From NCBI RefSeq assembly GCF_029227855.1, contig NZ_CP074356.1: a DNA stretch of 64,000 nucleotides. One strand, 5' to 3'. Below are positions 48,041-59,870 of this stretch, in pieces. Positions within the stretch are counted from its first letter, which is position 1. Every line of letters begins with the position of its first letter. The notes beneath the pieces were generated by a model that had not been told where the DNA came from, made no database searches, and saw only the letters and a list, made by a program, of their open reading frames with translations. The position numbers and the translations under genes are program-made. This DNA comes from Escherichia coli (lineage in GTDB: Bacteria; Pseudomonadota; Gammaproteobacteria; Enterobacterales; Enterobacteriaceae).

Positions 48041-50594
48041 ACCGGTAGGCGATCTGGTCGTTGATTTGAGTCTGGATGCGGCCAGATTTGACGAGCAGAT
48101 GGCCAGAGTCAGGCGTCATTTTTCCGGTACGGAAAGTGATGCGAAAAAAACAGCGGCAGTCGTTGAACAGTCGCTGAGCCGACAGGCGCTGGCTGCACAG
48201 AAAGCGGGGATTTCCGTCGGGCAGTATAAAGCCGCCATGCGTATGCTGCCTGCACAGTTCACCGACGTGGCCACGCAGCTTGCAGGGGGGCAGAATCCGT
48301 GGCTCATCCTGCTGCAACAGGGGGGGCAGGTGAAGGACTCCTTCGGCGGGATGATCCCCATGTTCAGGGGGCTTGCCGGTGCGATCACCCTGCCGATGGT
48401 GGGGGCCACCTCGCTGGCGGTGGCGACCGGTGCACTGGCGTATGCCTGGTATCAGGGCAACTCAACCCTGTCCGATTTCAACAAAACGCTGGTCCTTTCC
48501 GGCAATCAGGCGGGACTGACGGCAGATCGTATGCTGGTCCTGTCCAGAGCCGGGCAGGCGGCAGGGCTGACGTTTAACCAGACCAGCGAGTCACTCAGCG
48601 CACTGGTTAAGGCGGGGGTAAGCGGTGAGGCTCAGATTGCGTCCATCAGCCAGAGTGTGGCGCGTTTCTCCTCTGCATCCGGCGTGGAGGTGGACAAGGT
48701 CGCTGAAGCCTTCGGGAAGCTGACCACAGACTCGACGTCGGGGCTGACGGCGATGGCACGCCAGTTCCATAACGTGACGGCGGAGCAGATTGCGTATGTT
48801 GCTCAGTTGCAGCGTTCCGGCGATGAAGCCGGGGCATTGCAGGCGGCGAACGAGGCCGCAACGAAAGGGTTTGATGACCAGACCCGCCGCCTGAAAGAGA
48901 ACATGGGCACGCTGGAGACCTGGGCAGACAGGACTGCGCGGGCATTCAAATCCATGTGGGATGCGGTGCTGGATATTGGTCGTCCTGATACCGCGCAGGA
49001 GATGCTGATTAAGGCAGAGGCTGCGTTTAAGAAAGCAGACGACATCTGGAATCTGCGCAAGGATGATTATTTTGTTAACGATGAAGCGCGGGCGCGTTAC
49101 TGGGATGATCGTGAAAAGGCCCGTCTTGCGCTTGAAGCCGCCCGAAAGAAGGCTGAGCAGCAGACTCAACAGGACAAAAATGCGCAGCAGCAGAGCGATA
49201 CCGAAGCGTCACGGCTGAAATATACCGAAGAGGCGCAGAAGGCTTACGAACGGCTGCAGACGCCGCTGGAGAAATATACCGCCCGTCAGGAAGAACTGAA
49301 CAAGGCACTGAAAGACGGGAAAATCCTGCAGGCGGATTACAACACGCTGATGGCGGCGGCGAAAAAGGATTATGAAGCGACGCTGAAAAAGCCGAAACAG
49401 TCCGGCGTGAAGGTGTCTGCGGGCGATCGTCAGGAAGACAGTGCTCATGCTGCCCTGCTGACGCTTCAGGCAGAACTCCGGACGCTGGAGAAGCATGCCG
49501 GAGCAAATGAGAAAATCAGCCAGCAGCGCCGGGATTTGTGGAAGGCGGAGAGTCAGTTCGCGGTACTGGAGGAGGCGGCGCAACGTCGCCAGCTGTCTGC
49601 ACAGGAGAAATCCCTGCTGGCGCATAAAGATGAGACGCTGGAGTACAAACGCCAGCTTGCTGCACTTGGCGACAAGGTTACGTATCAGGAGCGCCTGAAC
49701 GCGCTGGCGCAGCAGGCGGATAAATTCGCACAGCAGCAACGGGCAAAACGGGCCGCCATTGATGCGAAAAGCCGGGGGCTGACTGACCGGCAGGCAGAAC
49801 GGGAAGCCACGGAACAGCGCCTGAAGGAACAGTATGGCGATAATCCGCTGGCGCTGAATAACGTCATGTCAGAGCAGAAAAAGACCTGGGCGGCTGAAGA
49901 CCAGCTTCGCGGGAACTGGATGGCAGGCCTGAAGTCCGGCTGGAGTGAGTGGGAAGAGAGCGCCACGGACAGTATGTCGCAGGTAAAAAGTGCAGCCACG
50001 CAGACCTTTGATGGTATTGCACAGAATATGGCGGCGATGCTGACCGGCAGTGAGCAGAACTGGCGCAGCTTCACCCGTTCCGTGCTGTCCATGATGACAG
50101 AAATTCTGCTTAAGCAGGCAATGGTGGGGATTGTCGGGAGTATCGGCAGCGCCATTGGCGGGGCTGTTGGTGGCGGCGCATCCGCGTCAGGCAGTACAGC
50201 CATTCAGGCCGCTGCGGCGAAATTCCATTTTGCAACCGGAGGATTTACGGGAACCGGCGGCAAATATGAGCCAGCGGGGATTGTTCACCGTGGTGAGTTT
50301 GTCTTCACGAAGGAGGCAACCAGCCGGATTGGCGTGGGGAATCTTTACCGGCTGATGCGCGGCTATGCCACTGGTGGTTATGTCGGTGGCACCGGAAGTC
50401 CGGCACAAATGCGGCGTTCAGAGGGTATCAGATTTGAGCAGAACAACAACGTGGTGATTCAGAACGACGGTACGAATGGTCTGCCAGGTCCACAGATGCT
50501 GAAGGCGGTGTATGACATGGCCCGCAAGGGTGCCCGTGATGAAATTCAGGCACAGATGCGTGATGGTGGTCTGTTCTCCGGAGGTGGACGATGA
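48033..50594 (+). CDS. H: Tail tape measure protein H
   Basis: 853 aa, lambda gpH-like. Confidence 0.95.
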   Translation: MAEPVGDLVVDLSLDAARFDEQMARVRRHFSGTESDAKKTAAVVEQSLSRQALAAQKAGISVGQYKAAMRMLPAQFTDVATQLAGGQNPWLILLQQGGQVKDSFGGMIPMFRGLAGAITLPMVGATSLAVATGALAYAWYQGNSTLSDFNKTLVLSGNQAGLTADRMLVLSRAGQAAGLTFNQTSESLSALVKAGVSGEAQIASISQSVARFSSASGVEVDKVAEAFGKLTTDSTSGLTAMARQFHNVTAEQIAYVAQLQRSGDEAGALQAANEAATKGFDDQTRRLKENMGTLETWADRTARAFKSMWDAVLDIGRPDTAQEMLIKAEAAFKKADDIWNLRKDDYFVNDEARARYWDDREKARLALEAARKKAEQQTQQDKNAQQQSDTEASRLKYTEEAQKAYERLQTPLEKYTARQEELNKALKDGKILQADYNTLMAAAKKDYEATLKKPKQSGVKVSAGDRQEDSAHAALLTLQAELRTLEKHAGANEKISQQRRDLWKAESQFAVLEEAAQRRQLSAQEKSLLAHKDETLEYKRQLAALGDKVTYQERLNALAQQADKFAQQQRAKRAAIDAKSRGLTDRQAEREATEQRLKEQYGDNPLALNNVMSEQKKTWAAEDQLRGNWMAGLKSGWSEWEESATDSMSQVKSAATQTFDGIAQNMAAMLTGSEQNWRSFTRSVLSMMTEILLKQAMVGIVGSIGSAIGGAVGGGASASGSTAIQAAAAKFHFATGGFTGTGGKYEPAGIVHRGEFVFTKEATSRIGVGNLYRLMRGYATGGYVGGTGSPAQMRRSEGIRFEQNNNVVIQNDGTNGLPGPQMLKAVYDMARKGARDEIQAQMRDGGLFSGGGR

Positions 50595-50920
50595 AAACCT
50601 TCCGCTGGAAAGTGAAACCCGGTATGGATGTGGCTTCGGCCCCTTCCGTAAGAAAGGTGCGCTTTGGTGATGGCTATTCCCAGCGAGCGCCTGCCGGGCT
50701 GAACGCTGACCTGAAAACGTACAGCGTGACGCTTTCTGTTCACCGTTGGGAGGCCACGGCGCTGGAGTCGTTTCTGGCTGAGCACGGGGGCTGGAAGGCC
50801 TTTCTGTGGACGCCGCCTTATGAGTGGCGGCAGATAAAGGTGACCTGCGCAAAATGGACGTCGCGGGTCAGTATGCTGCGTGTTGAGTTCAGCGCAGAGT
50901 TTGAACAGGTGGTGAACTGA
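50591..50920 (+). CDS. M: Minor tail protein M
   Basis: 109 aa, lambda gpM-like. Confidence 0.9.
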   Translation: MKTFRWKVKPGMDVASAPSVRKVRFGDGYSQRAPAGLNADLKTYSVTLSVHRWEATALESFLAEHGGWKAFLWTPPYEWRQIKVTCAKWTSRVSMLRVEFSAEFEQVVN

Positions 50921-51618
50921 TGCAGGATATCCGGCAGGAAACACTGAATGAATGCACCCGTGCGGAGCAGTCGGCCAGCGTGGTGCTCTGGGAAATCGAT
51001 CTGACAGAGGTCGGTGGAGAACGTTATTTTTTCTGTAATGAGCAGAACGAAAAAGGTGAGCCGGTCACCTGGCAGGGGCGGCAGTATCTGGCGTATCCCA
51101 TTCAGGGGAGTGGTTTTGAACTGAATGGCAAAGGCACCAGTACGCGCCCCATGCTGGCAGTCTCTAACCTGTACGGCATGGTCACCGGGATGGCGGAAGA
51201 CCTGCAGAGTCTGGTCGGCGGAACGGTGGTCAGGCGTAAGGTTTACGCCCGTTTTCTGGATGCGGTGAACTTCGTCAACGGAAACAGCGATGCCGATCCG
51301 GAGCAGGAGGTGATCAGCCGCTGGCGCATCGAACAGTGCAGCGAACTGAGCGCGGTCAGTGCCTCTTTTGTACTGTCCACACCGACGGAAACGGACGGCG
51401 CTGTTTTTCCGGGGCGCATCATGCTGGCCAACACCTGCACCTGGACCTATCGCGGTGATGAGTGCGGTTATAACGGTCCGGCGGTCGCGGATGAATATGA
51501 CCAGCCGACGTCCGATATCACGAAGGATAAATGCAGCAAATGCCTGAGTGGCTGTAAGTTTCGCAATAATGTCGGCAACTTTGGCGGCTTCCTTTCCATT
51601 AACAAACTTTCGCAGTAA
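50920..51618 (+). CDS. L: Minor tail protein L
   Basis: 232 aa, lambda gpL-like. Confidence 0.9.
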   Translation: MQDIRQETLNECTRAEQSASVVLWEIDLTEVGGERYFFCNEQNEKGEPVTWQGRQYLAYPIQGSGFELNGKGTSTRPMLAVSNLYGMVTGMAEDLQSLVGGTVVRRKVYARFLDAVNFVNGNSDADPEQEVISRWRIEQCSELSAVSASFVLSTPTETDGAVFPGRIMLANTCTWTYRGDECGYNGPAVADEYDQPTSDITKDKCSKCLSGCKFRNNVGNFGGFLSINKLSQ

Positions 51619-51623
51619 ATCCC

Positions 51624-52367
51624 ATGACAGAGACAGAATCAGCGATTCTGGCGCACGCCCGGCGATGTGCGCCAGCGGAGTCGTGCGGCTTCGTGGTGAG
51701 AACGCCGGAAGGGGAAAGATATTTTCCCTGCGTGAATATCTCCGGTGAGCCGGAGGCGTATTTCCGGATGTCGCCGGAGGACTGGCTGCGGGCAGAGATG
51801 CAGGGTGAGATTGTGGCGCTGGTCCACAGCCACCCCGGTGGCCTGCCCTGGCTGAGTGAGGCTGACAGGCGGCTGCAGGTGCAGAGCGATTTGCCTTGGT
51901 GGCTGGTCTGCCGGGGTGAGATTCATAAATTCCGCTGTGTGCCGCATCTTACCGGGCGGCGCTTTGAGCACGGGGCGACGGACTGTTACACGCTGTTCCG
52001 GGATGCTTATCATCTGGCGGGGATTGAGATGCCGGACTTTCATCGTGAGGATGACTGGTGGTGTAACGGCCAGAATCTCTATCTGGATAATCTGGAGGCC
52101 ACAGGGCTGTATCAGGTGCCGTTGTCAGCGGCGCAGCCGGGCGATGTGCTGCTGTGCTGTTTTGGTTCATCGGTGCCGAATCATGCCGCCATTTACTGCG
52201 GCGACGGTGAGCTGTTGCACCATATTCCTGAACAACTGAGCAAACGAGAGAGGTATACCGACAAATGGCAGCGACGCACACACTCCCTCTGGCGTCACCG
52301 GGCATGGCACGCATCTGCCTTTACGGGGATTTACAACGATTTGGCCGCCGCATCGACCTTCGTGTAA
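51624..52367 (+). CDS. K: Tail assembly protein K
   Basis: 247 aa, lambda gpK-like. Confidence 0.9.
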   Translation: MTETESAILAHARRCAPAESCGFVVRTPEGERYFPCVNISGEPEAYFRMSPEDWLRAEMQGEIVALVHSHPGGLPWLSEADRRLQVQSDLPWWLVCRGEIHKFRCVPHLTGRRFEHGATDCYTLFRDAYHLAGIEMPDFHREDDWWCNGQNLYLDNLEATGLYQVPLSAAQPGDVLLCCFGSSVPNHAAIYCGDGELLHHIPEQLSKRERYTDKWQRRTHSLWRHRAWHASAFTGIYNDLAAASTFV

Positions 52368-52912
52368 AAACGGGGGCTGAAGCCATCCGGGCGTTGTCCA
52401 CACAGCTCCCGGCGTTTCGTCAGGAACTGAATGACGGCTGGTATCAGGTGCGCATTGCCGGGCGTGATGCAGGTGAAACCGAATTATCTGCCCGTCTTAA
52501 TGAGCCGCTGGCAAATGGTGCCGTGATCCACATCGTGCCGCGTCTGGCGGGAGCTAAAAGTGGCGGTGTGTTTCAGGTGGTGCTGGGGGCGGCGCTGATT
52601 GCGGTGGCATGGTGGAACCCTGTGGGCTGGCTGGGAGCCGCGGCTGTATCGGGTATGTATGCGGCAGGGGCCAGTATGATCCTGGGCGGAGTGGCGCAGA
52701 TGCTGGCACCGAAAGCCAGGACGCCCACGGCAGCAAGTACAGATAACGGCAAACAGAACACCTATTTCTCCTCACTGGATAACATGGTTGCCCAGGGCAA
52801 TGTTCTGCCCGTTCTGTACGGTGAAATGCGCGTGGGGTCGCGGGTGGTCTCTCAGGAGATCAGCACGGCAGACGAAGGGGATGGTGGTCAGGTTGTGGTG
52901 ATTGGCCGCTGA
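52265..52912 (+). CDS. I: Tail assembly protein I
   Basis: 215 aa, overlaps K as in lambda. Confidence 0.85.
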   Translation: MAATHTLPLASPGMARICLYGDLQRFGRRIDLRVKTGAEAIRALSTQLPAFRQELNDGWYQVRIAGRDAGETELSARLNEPLANGAVIHIVPRLAGAKSGGVFQVVLGAALIAVAWWNPVGWLGAAAVSGMYAAGASMILGGVAQMLAPKARTPTAASTDNGKQNTYFSSLDNMVAQGNVLPVLYGEMRVGSRVVSQEISTADEGDGGQVVVIGR

Positions 52913-52972
52913 TGCAAAATATTTCATGTGAAACCGCCTCCGGGCGGTTTTGTCGTTTATGGAGTATGACGA

Positions 52973-55900
52973 ATGGGCAAAGGAAGCAGTAAGGGGCATA
53001 CCCCGCGCGAAGCGAAGGACAACCTGAAGTCCACGCAACTGCTGAGTGTGATTGATGCCATCAGCGAAGGGCCGATTGAAGGTCCGGTGGATGGATTAAA
53101 AAGCGTGCTGCTGAACAGTACGCCAGTGCTGGACACTGAGGGGAATACCAACATCTCCGGCGTCACGGTGGTGTTCCGGGCCGGTGAGCAGGAGCAGACA
53201 CCGCCGGAGGGATTTGAATCCTCCGGCTCCGAGACGGTGCTGGGTACGGAAGTGAAATACGACACGCCGATCACCCGGACCATCACGTCGGCAAACATTG
53301 ACCGACTGCGTTTTACCTTCGGCGTGCAGGCACTGGTGGAAACCACCTCAAAGGGGGACAGGAATCCGTCGGAAGTCCGCCTGCTGGTTCAGATACAACG
53401 TAACGGTGGCTGGGTGACGGAAAAAGACATCACCATTAAAGGCAAAACCACCTCACAGTATCTGGCCTCGGTGGTGGTGGGTAACCTGCCGCCGCGCCCG
53501 TTCAATATCCGGATGCGCAGGATGACGCCGGACAGCACCACAGACCAACTGCAGAACAAAACGCTCTGGTCGTCATACACCGAAATCATCGATGTGAAAC
53601 AGTGCTACCCGAACACGGCACTGGTTGGCGTGCAGGTGGACTCGGAGCAGTTCGGCAGCCAGCAGGTGAGCCGTAATTATCATCTTCGCGGGCGCATTCT
53701 GCAGGTGCCGTCGAACTATAACCCGCAGACGCGGCAATACAGCGGTATCTGGGACGGAACGTTAAAACCGGCATACAGCAACAACATGGCCTGGTGTCTG
53801 TGGGATATGCTGACCCATCCGCGCTACGGCATGGGGAAACGTCTTGGTGCGGCGGATGTGGATAAATGGGCGCTGTATGTCATCGGCCAGAATTGCGACC
53901 AGTCAGTGCCGGACGGCTTTGGCGGCACGGAGCCACGCATCACCTGTAATGCATACCTGGCCACACAGCGCAAGGCGTGGGATGTGCTCAGTGATTTCTG
54001 CTCGGCGATGCGCTGTATGCCGGTATGGAACGGGCAGACGCTGACGTTCGTGCAGGACCGACCGTCCGATAAGGTGTGGACCTATAACCGCAGTAATGTG
54101 GTGATGCCGGATGATGGCGCGCCGTTCCGCTACAGCTTCAGCGCCCTGAAGGACCGCCATAATGCCGTTGAGGTGAACTGGATTGACCCGGATAACGGCT
54201 GGGAGACGGCGACAGAGCTTGTGGAGGACACGCAGGCCATTGCCCGTTACGGTCGTAACGTCACGAAAATGGATGCTTTTGGCTGTACCAGCCGGGGGCA
54301 GGCACACCGCGCCGGGCTGTGGCTGATTAAAACGGAGCTGCTGGAAACGCAGACCGTGGACTTCAGCGTGGGCGCAGAAGGGCTGCGCCATGTACCGGGT
54401 GATGTTATTGAAATCTGCGATGATGACTATGCGGGGATCAGCATTGGCGGGCGCGTGCTGGCGGTGAACAGCCAGACCCGGACGCTGACGCTCGACCGTG
54501 AAATCACGCTGCCATCCTCCGGTACCACGCTGATAAGCCTGGTTGACGGAAGTGGCAATCCGGTCAGCGTGGAGGTTCAGTCCGTCACCGACGGCGTGAA
54601 GGTAAAAGTGAGCCGTGTTCCTGACGGCGTTGCCGGATACAGCGTATGGGGGCTGAAGCTGCCGACGCTGCGCCAGCGCCTGTTCCGCTGCGTGAGTATC
54701 CGTGAGAACGACGACGGCACGTATGCCATCACCGCCGTGCAGCATGTGCCGGAAAAAGAGGCCATCGTGGATAACGGGGCGCACTTTGACGGCGAACAGA
54801 GTGGCACGGTGAATGGTGTCACGCCGCCAGCGGTGCAGCACCTGACCGCAGAAGTCACTGCAGACAGCGGGGAATATCAGGTGCTGGCGCGATGGGACAC
54901 ACCGAAGGTGGTGAAGGGCGTGAGCTTCCTGCTCCGTCTGACCGTAACAGCGGACGACGGCAGTGAGCGGCTGGTCAGCACGGCCCGGACGACGGAAACA
55001 ACATACCGCTTCAGGCAGCTGGCGCTGGGGAACTACAGGCTGACAGTCCGGGCAGTAAATGCCTGGGGGCAGCAGGGAGACCCGGCGTCGGTATCGTTCC
55101 GGATTGCCGCACCGGCAGCGCCGTCACAGATTGAGCTGACTCCGGGCTATTTTCAGATAACCGCCACGCCGCATCTTGCGGTTTATGATCCGACGGTACA
55201 GTTTGAGTTCTGGTTCTCGGAAAAGCGGATTGCGGATATCAGGCAGGTTGAAACCACAGCACGCTATCTTGGCACGGCGCTGTACTGGATAGCCGCCAGT
55301 ATCAATATCAAACCGGGCCATGATTATTATTTTTACATCCGCAGTGTGAACACCGTTGGCAAATCGGCATTTGTGGAGGCTGTTGGCCAGCCGAGTGATG
55401 ATGCATCCGGCTATCTGAATTTTTTCAAAGGAGAGATAGGGAAAACCCATCTGGCTCAGGAGCTGTGGACGCAGATTGATAACGGTCAGCTTGCGCCTGA
55501 CCTGGCGGAAATCAGAACGTCCATCACGGATGTCAGTAATGAAATCACGCAGACCGTCAATAAGAAACTGGAAGACCAGAGTGCGGCAATCCAGCAGATA
55601 CAGAAGGTTCAGGTTGATACAAATAATAACCTGAACAGCATGTGGGCTGTGAAGCTGCAGCAGATGCAGGACGGACGCCTTTATATCGCGGGTATTGGTG
55701 CCGGTATTGAGAATACCCCTGACGGTATGCAGAGTCAGGTGCTGCTGGCGGCGGACAGGATTGCGATGATTAATCCTGCGAATGGCAACACAAAACCGAT
55801 GTTTGTTGGTCAGGGCGATCAGATATTCATGAACGAAGTGTTCCTGAAATATCTGACGGCTCCCACCATTACCAGCGGCGGTAATCCTCCGGCATTTTCC

Positions 55901-56452
55901 CTGACACCGGACGGGCGGCTGACGGCGAAAAATGCCGATATTAGCGGTAACGTGAATGCGAACTCCGGGACGCTCAACAACGTCACGATTAACGAGAACT
56001 GCCGGGTTCTGGGAAAACTGTCCGCGAACCAGATTGAAGGCGATCTCGTTAAAACAGTGGGCAAAGCTTTCCCCCGGGACTCCCGTGCACCGGAACGGTG
56101 GCCATCAGGGACCATTACCGTCAGGGTTTATGACGATCAGCCGTTTGACCGGCAGATTGTTATTCCGGCGGTGGCATTCAGCGGCGCTAAACATGAGAGA
56201 GAGCATACTGATATTTACTCCTCATGCCGTCTGATAGTGCGGAAAAACGGTGCTGAAATTTATAACCGTACCGCGCTGGATAATACGCTGATTTACAGTG
56301 GCGTTATTGATATGCCTGCCGGTCACGGTCACATGACGCTGGAGTTTTCGGTGTCAGCATGGCTGGTAAATGACTGGTATCCCACAGCAAGTATCAGCGA
56401 TCTGCTGGTTGTGGTGATGAAGAAAGCCACCGCAGGCATCAGTATCAGCTGA
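52973..56452 (+). CDS. J: Central tail fibre / host specificity protein J
   Basis: 1159 aa, lambda gpJ-like. Confidence 0.95.
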   Translation: MGKGSSKGHTPREAKDNLKSTQLLSVIDAISEGPIEGPVDGLKSVLLNSTPVLDTEGNTNISGVTVVFRAGEQEQTPPEGFESSGSETVLGTEVKYDTPITRTITSANIDRLRFTFGVQALVETTSKGDRNPSEVRLLVQIQRNGGWVTEKDITIKGKTTSQYLASVVVGNLPPRPFNIRMRRMTPDSTTDQLQNKTLWSSYTEIIDVKQCYPNTALVGVQVDSEQFGSQQVSRNYHLRGRILQVPSNYNPQTRQYSGIWDGTLKPAYSNNMAWCLWDMLTHPRYGMGKRLGAADVDKWALYVIGQNCDQSVPDGFGGTEPRITCNAYLATQRKAWDVLSDFCSAMRCMPVWNGQTLTFVQDRPSDKVWTYNRSNVVMPDDGAPFRYSFSALKDRHNAVEVNWIDPDNGWETATELVEDTQAIARYGRNVTKMDAFGCTSRGQAHRAGLWLIKTELLETQTVDFSVGAEGLRHVPGDVIEICDDDYAGISIGGRVLAVNSQTRTLTLDREITLPSSGTTLISLVDGSGNPVSVEVQSVTDGVKVKVSRVPDGVAGYSVWGLKLPTLRQRLFRCVSIRENDDGTYAITAVQHVPEKEAIVDNGAHFDGEQSGTVNGVTPPAVQHLTAEVTADSGEYQVLARWDTPKVVKGVSFLLRLTVTADDGSERLVSTARTTETTYRFRQLALGNYRLTVRAVNAWGQQGDPASVSFRIAAPAAPSQIELTPGYFQITATPHLAVYDPTVQFEFWFSEKRIADIRQVETTARYLGTALYWIAASINIKPGHDYYFYIRSVNTVGKSAFVEAVGQPSDDASGYLNFFKGEIGKTHLAQELWTQIDNGQLAPDLAEIRTSITDVSNEITQTVNKKLEDQSAAIQQIQKVQVDTNNNLNSMWAVKLQQMQDGRLYIAGIGAGIENTPDGMQSQVLLAADRIAMINPANGNTKPMFVGQGDQIFMNEVFLKYLTAPTITSGGNPPAFSLTPDGRLTAKNADISGNVNANSGTLNNVTINENCRVLGKLSANQIEGDLVKTVGKAFPRDSRAPERWPSGTITVRVYDDQPFDRQIVIPAVAFSGAKHEREHTDIYSSCRLIVRKNGAEIYNRTALDNTLIYSGVIDMPAGHGHMTLEFSVSAWLVNDWYPTASISDLLVVVMKKATAGISIS

Positions 56453-56519
56453 ATTTTATAACCCATATACGGGCGCCAGAAATGGCGCCTTTTTTATTGC
56501 AGAAAAGCGAGAGGTAATT

Positions 56520-57119
56520 ATGCGTAAAGTTTGTGCCGCCATTTTTTCCGCAGCCATTTGTCTGGCCGTATCCGGTGCGCCTGCATGGGCATCTGAACAT
56601 CAGTCCACGCTGAGCGCGGGGTATCTTCATGCCTCGACGAACGTTCCCGGCAGCGATGATCTGAACGGGATTAACGTGAAATACCGTTATGAGTTTACGG
56701 ACACACTGGGGATGGTGACGTCATTCAGCTATGCAGGAGACAAGAATCGCCAGCTTACCCGTTACAGCGATACCCGCTGGCATGAAGATTCCGTGCGTAA
56801 CCGCTGGTTCAGCGTGATGGTGGGGCCGTCTGTGCGCGTGAATGAATGGTTCAGCGCGTATGCGATGGCGGGTATGGCTTACAGCCGTGTTTCGACTTTC
56901 TCCGGAGATTATATCCGCGTAACTGACAACAAGGGGAAAACGCACGATGTGCTGACCGGAAGTGATGACGGTCGCCACAGCGACACGTCTCTGGCATGGG
57001 GGGCTGGCGTGCAGTTTAACCCGACCGAATCCGTGGCCATTGATATTGCTTATGAAGGTTCCGGCAGTGGCGACTGGCGCACTGACGGTTTCATCGTGGG
57101 TGTCGGTTATAAATTCTGA
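56520..57119 (+). CDS. lom: Outer-membrane protein Lom (Ail/Lom family)
   Basis: 199 aa with signal peptide and beta-barrel ending ..GVGYKF. Confidence 0.85.
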
Positions 57120-57177
57120 TTAGCCAGATAACACAGTGTTATGACAGCCCGCCGGTTCAGGCGGGCTTTTTTGTGGA

Positions 57178-59583
57178 GTGGATATGGCAGCAGTAAAAAT
57201 CTCAGGTGTGCTGAAAGATGGTGCGGGAAAACCAATACAGAACTGCACTATTCAACTGAAGGCAAAGCGTAACAGCACCACGGTACTGGTGAACACGGTG
57301 GCCTCTGAAAATCCGGATGAAGCCGGGCGTTACAGCATGGATGTTGAGTATGGCCAGTACAGCGTCACCCTGCTGGTTGAAGGTTTTCCGCCTTCGCATG
57401 CCGGGACCATTACCGTCTATGAAGGTTCCAGACCAGGTACGCTGAATGATTTTCTCGGTGCCATGACGGAAGAGGATGTCATGCCGGAGGCATTGCGCCG
57501 TTTTGAGGAAATGGTGGAAGAAGCGGCACGCAACGCCGAAGCCGCCTCTCAGAGCGCAGCGGCGGCAAAGAAATCCGAAACGGCTGCGGCATCATCGAAG
57601 AACGCGGCGAAAACCTCAGAAACGAATGCAGCTAATAGTGCACAGGCGGCAGCGACCTCAAAGACTGCATCGGCAAACTCCGCGACAGCAGCCAAAAAAT
57701 CAGAAACCAACGCGAAAAATAGCGAGACAGCCGCAAAGACGAGCGAAACCAACGCAAAGTCCAGCCAGACGGCAGCGAAAACCAGCGAAACGAATGCCAA
57801 AGCCAGTGAAACTGCGGCAAAAAACAGCCAGGTTGCAGCAGCCCAAAGCGAGAGCGCGGCAGCCGGTTCTGCGACTTCAGCAGCTGGATCAGCAACTGCT
57901 GCGGCTAACAGCCAGAAAGCTGCGAAGACGAGTGAAACTAACGCAAAGTCCAGCCAGACGGCAGCGAAGACCAGCGAAACGAATGCCAAAGCCAGCGAAA
58001 CTGCGGCGAAAAACAGCCAGGTTGCAGCAGCCCAAAGCGAGAGCGCGGCAGCTGGTTCTGCAAGCGCGGCGGCTGCTTCTGCCACTGCATCAGCCAACAG
58101 TCAAAAAGCGGCAAAAACCAGTGAAACCAATGCAAAGACAAGCGAGACTGCAGCGGCGAACTCGGCGAAAGCATCGGCAGCAAGCCAGACAGCAGCTAAA
58201 GCAAGTGAAGACGCAGCCAGAGAGTATGCAAGTCAGGCAGCAGAGCCGTATAAATATGTCTTACAGCCACTGCCTGATGTGTGGATACCGTTTAACGATT
58301 CACTGGATATGATTACGGGCTTTTCGCCGTCATATAAAAAAATTGTTATTGGTGATGATGAAATAACGATGCCTGGCGACAAGGTTGTTAAGTTTAAACG
58401 CGCATCAACTGCCACATATATCAATAAATCAGGCGTATTTAGTGTTGCTAAAATTGATGAGCCACGATTTGAAAAAGAAGGTTTATTGATTGAAGGACAG
58501 CGCACTAACTATTTTGTTAAATCCAATACTCCCGCTGAATGGACGAGTACCAGCAATATCGATAAAACTAATAATGGTGTTGATGAATTTGGTTTTTCAT
58601 ATGCCAAAATGCGAACAAAAGATAATATGACAGGACAATCATCTGCACTTAGTCTGCATACATGCAGTGCATCCCGGGGGATTGATGTTAGTGGCGATAA
58701 TAAGTATTGCACTGTTTCATGCAGGGTTAAAGCTCCTGATGGTCTTCGTTGTCGTTTGCGTTTTGAAAAATACGATGGGTCGGTTTATACATTTTTAGGA
58801 GATGCTTATTTAACTTTCGGAACTCTGATAATAGAAAAAACTGGCGGAGCAGCCAATAGAATAGCAGCTACTGCAACTAAAGATCCGGTTACAGGGTGGA
58901 TTTTCTATGAGGCAACTATAGAAGCTGTTGAAGGTGAAGCCTTAATTGGCGCAATGATTCAGTATGCGCCGAAAAAAGGTGGTATAACTGAAGCGGGAGA
59001 TTATATTTACCTTGCAACACCACAATTTGAAAACGGCGGATGTGCTTCATCTTTTGTTATTACGACAACTGCACCCGCAACCCGCTCCAGTGATATGGTG
59101 ACGATCCCAACTGAAAATAATATCTATAATAGACCGCTTACGTGTCTTGTCGAGGTCAATAGAAATTGGGGCGATATTCCTCCTAATGTAGCACCGCGTA
59201 TTTTTGATTTTTCTGGTGTGCCACCTATTGAGTCAATTACATACGCTTTTAACACAACTGAGAAATATTACGGTCAGCTTTATATACAAACTTATAAAGC
59301 GTCGACAAGTACTTACGTTTCTAGTGTGTTTGCTGGTCGAACTGATGTTCGAAAATTCATTGGTGGTTTTAATATTTATTCTGATGGTACTAAACGAGTA
59401 GTTTCTAACGGTGAGGCTACTAAAACTATGAAAACGGAGTGGACGGGCGTAAAAACACGGACCTTTATTCGAATTGGAGGTCAAGCCACATCGGGAACTC
59501 GTCATCTATTCGGCCATTTGAGAAATCTTCGTCTCTGGCATAAAGAATTAACTGATGCGCAAATGGGGGAGAGTATTAAATGA
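57178..59583 (+). CDS. stf: Side tail fibre protein with internal tandem repeats
   Basis: 801 aa; lambda Stf-like N-terminus; Ser/Ala/Thr-rich repeats; lower-GC C-terminal domain. Confidence 0.8.
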   Translation: MDMAAVKISGVLKDGAGKPIQNCTIQLKAKRNSTTVLVNTVASENPDEAGRYSMDVEYGQYSVTLLVEGFPPSHAGTITVYEGSRPGTLNDFLGAMTEEDVMPEALRRFEEMVEEAARNAEAASQSAAAAKKSETAAASSKNAAKTSETNAANSAQAAATSKTASANSATAAKKSETNAKNSETAAKTSETNAKSSQTAAKTSETNAKASETAAKNSQVAAAQSESAAAGSATSAAGSATAAANSQKAAKTSETNAKSSQTAAKTSETNAKASETAAKNSQVAAAQSESAAAGSASAAAASATASANSQKAAKTSETNAKTSETAAANSAKASAASQTAAKASEDAAREYASQAAEPYKYVLQPLPDVWIPFNDSLDMITGFSPSYKKIVIGDDEITMPGDKVVKFKRASTATYINKSGVFSVAKIDEPRFEKEGLLIEGQRTNYFVKSNTPAEWTSTSNIDKTNNGVDEFGFSYAKMRTKDNMTGQSSALSLHTCSASRGIDVSGDNKYCTVSCRVKAPDGLRCRLRFEKYDGSVYTFLGDAYLTFGTLIIEKTGGAANRIAATATKDPVTGWIFYEATIEAVEGEALIGAMIQYAPKKGGITEAGDYIYLATPQFENGGCASSFVITTTAPATRSSDMVTIPTENNIYNRPLTCLVEVNRNWGDIPPNVAPRIFDFSGVPPIESITYAFNTTEKYYGQLYIQTYKASTSTYVSSVFAGRTDVRKFIGGFNIYSDGTKRVVSNGEATKTMKTEWTGVKTRTFIRIGGQATSGTRHLFGHLRNLRLWHKELTDAQMGESIK

Positions 59584-59861
59584 AAGATTTAACACTCAAA
59601 TTTGCAGACAGGGCCGACTTTTCGGCCTTTATGGAGAGCATTGGCTATTATGATGACGAGTCGATGCAGGATGATATTCTTATTGACGTGATAGGTAATG
59701 TGTACAAAGAAACCGGAGAACTGACTGAAGATGGCGAACCGGTATGTGTTAAGGAAGACGGATATTTTGTAAACGTGCGCATCATTAATGATTCGCAAAT
59801 ATCGTCAATATTCGATGAATACGTGGTTGCTGTTGAGCATCAACTTCGTGGCTGGATGTGA
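59580..59861 (+). CDS. Hypothetical tail-fibre-associated protein (93 aa)
   Basis: Start overlaps the stf stop. Confidence 0.45.
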   Translation: MKDLTLKFADRADFSAFMESIGYYDDESMQDDILIDVIGNVYKETGELTEDGEPVCVKEDGYFVNVRIINDSQISSIFDEYVVAVEHQLRGWM

Positions 59862-59870
59862 GGAAGAAAA

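Noticed and set aside
48591-50944. Several long minus-strand ORFs inside the tape measure region
   Set aside because: Antisense to gpH in GC-rich repetitive coding sequence.
53903-54841. 312-aa minus-strand ORF
   Set aside because: Antisense to gene J.
57476-58312. 278-aa plus-strand Arg/Gln-rich ORF and antisense ORFs in the same region
   Set aside because: Out-of-frame and antisense readings of the stf tandem-repeat region.
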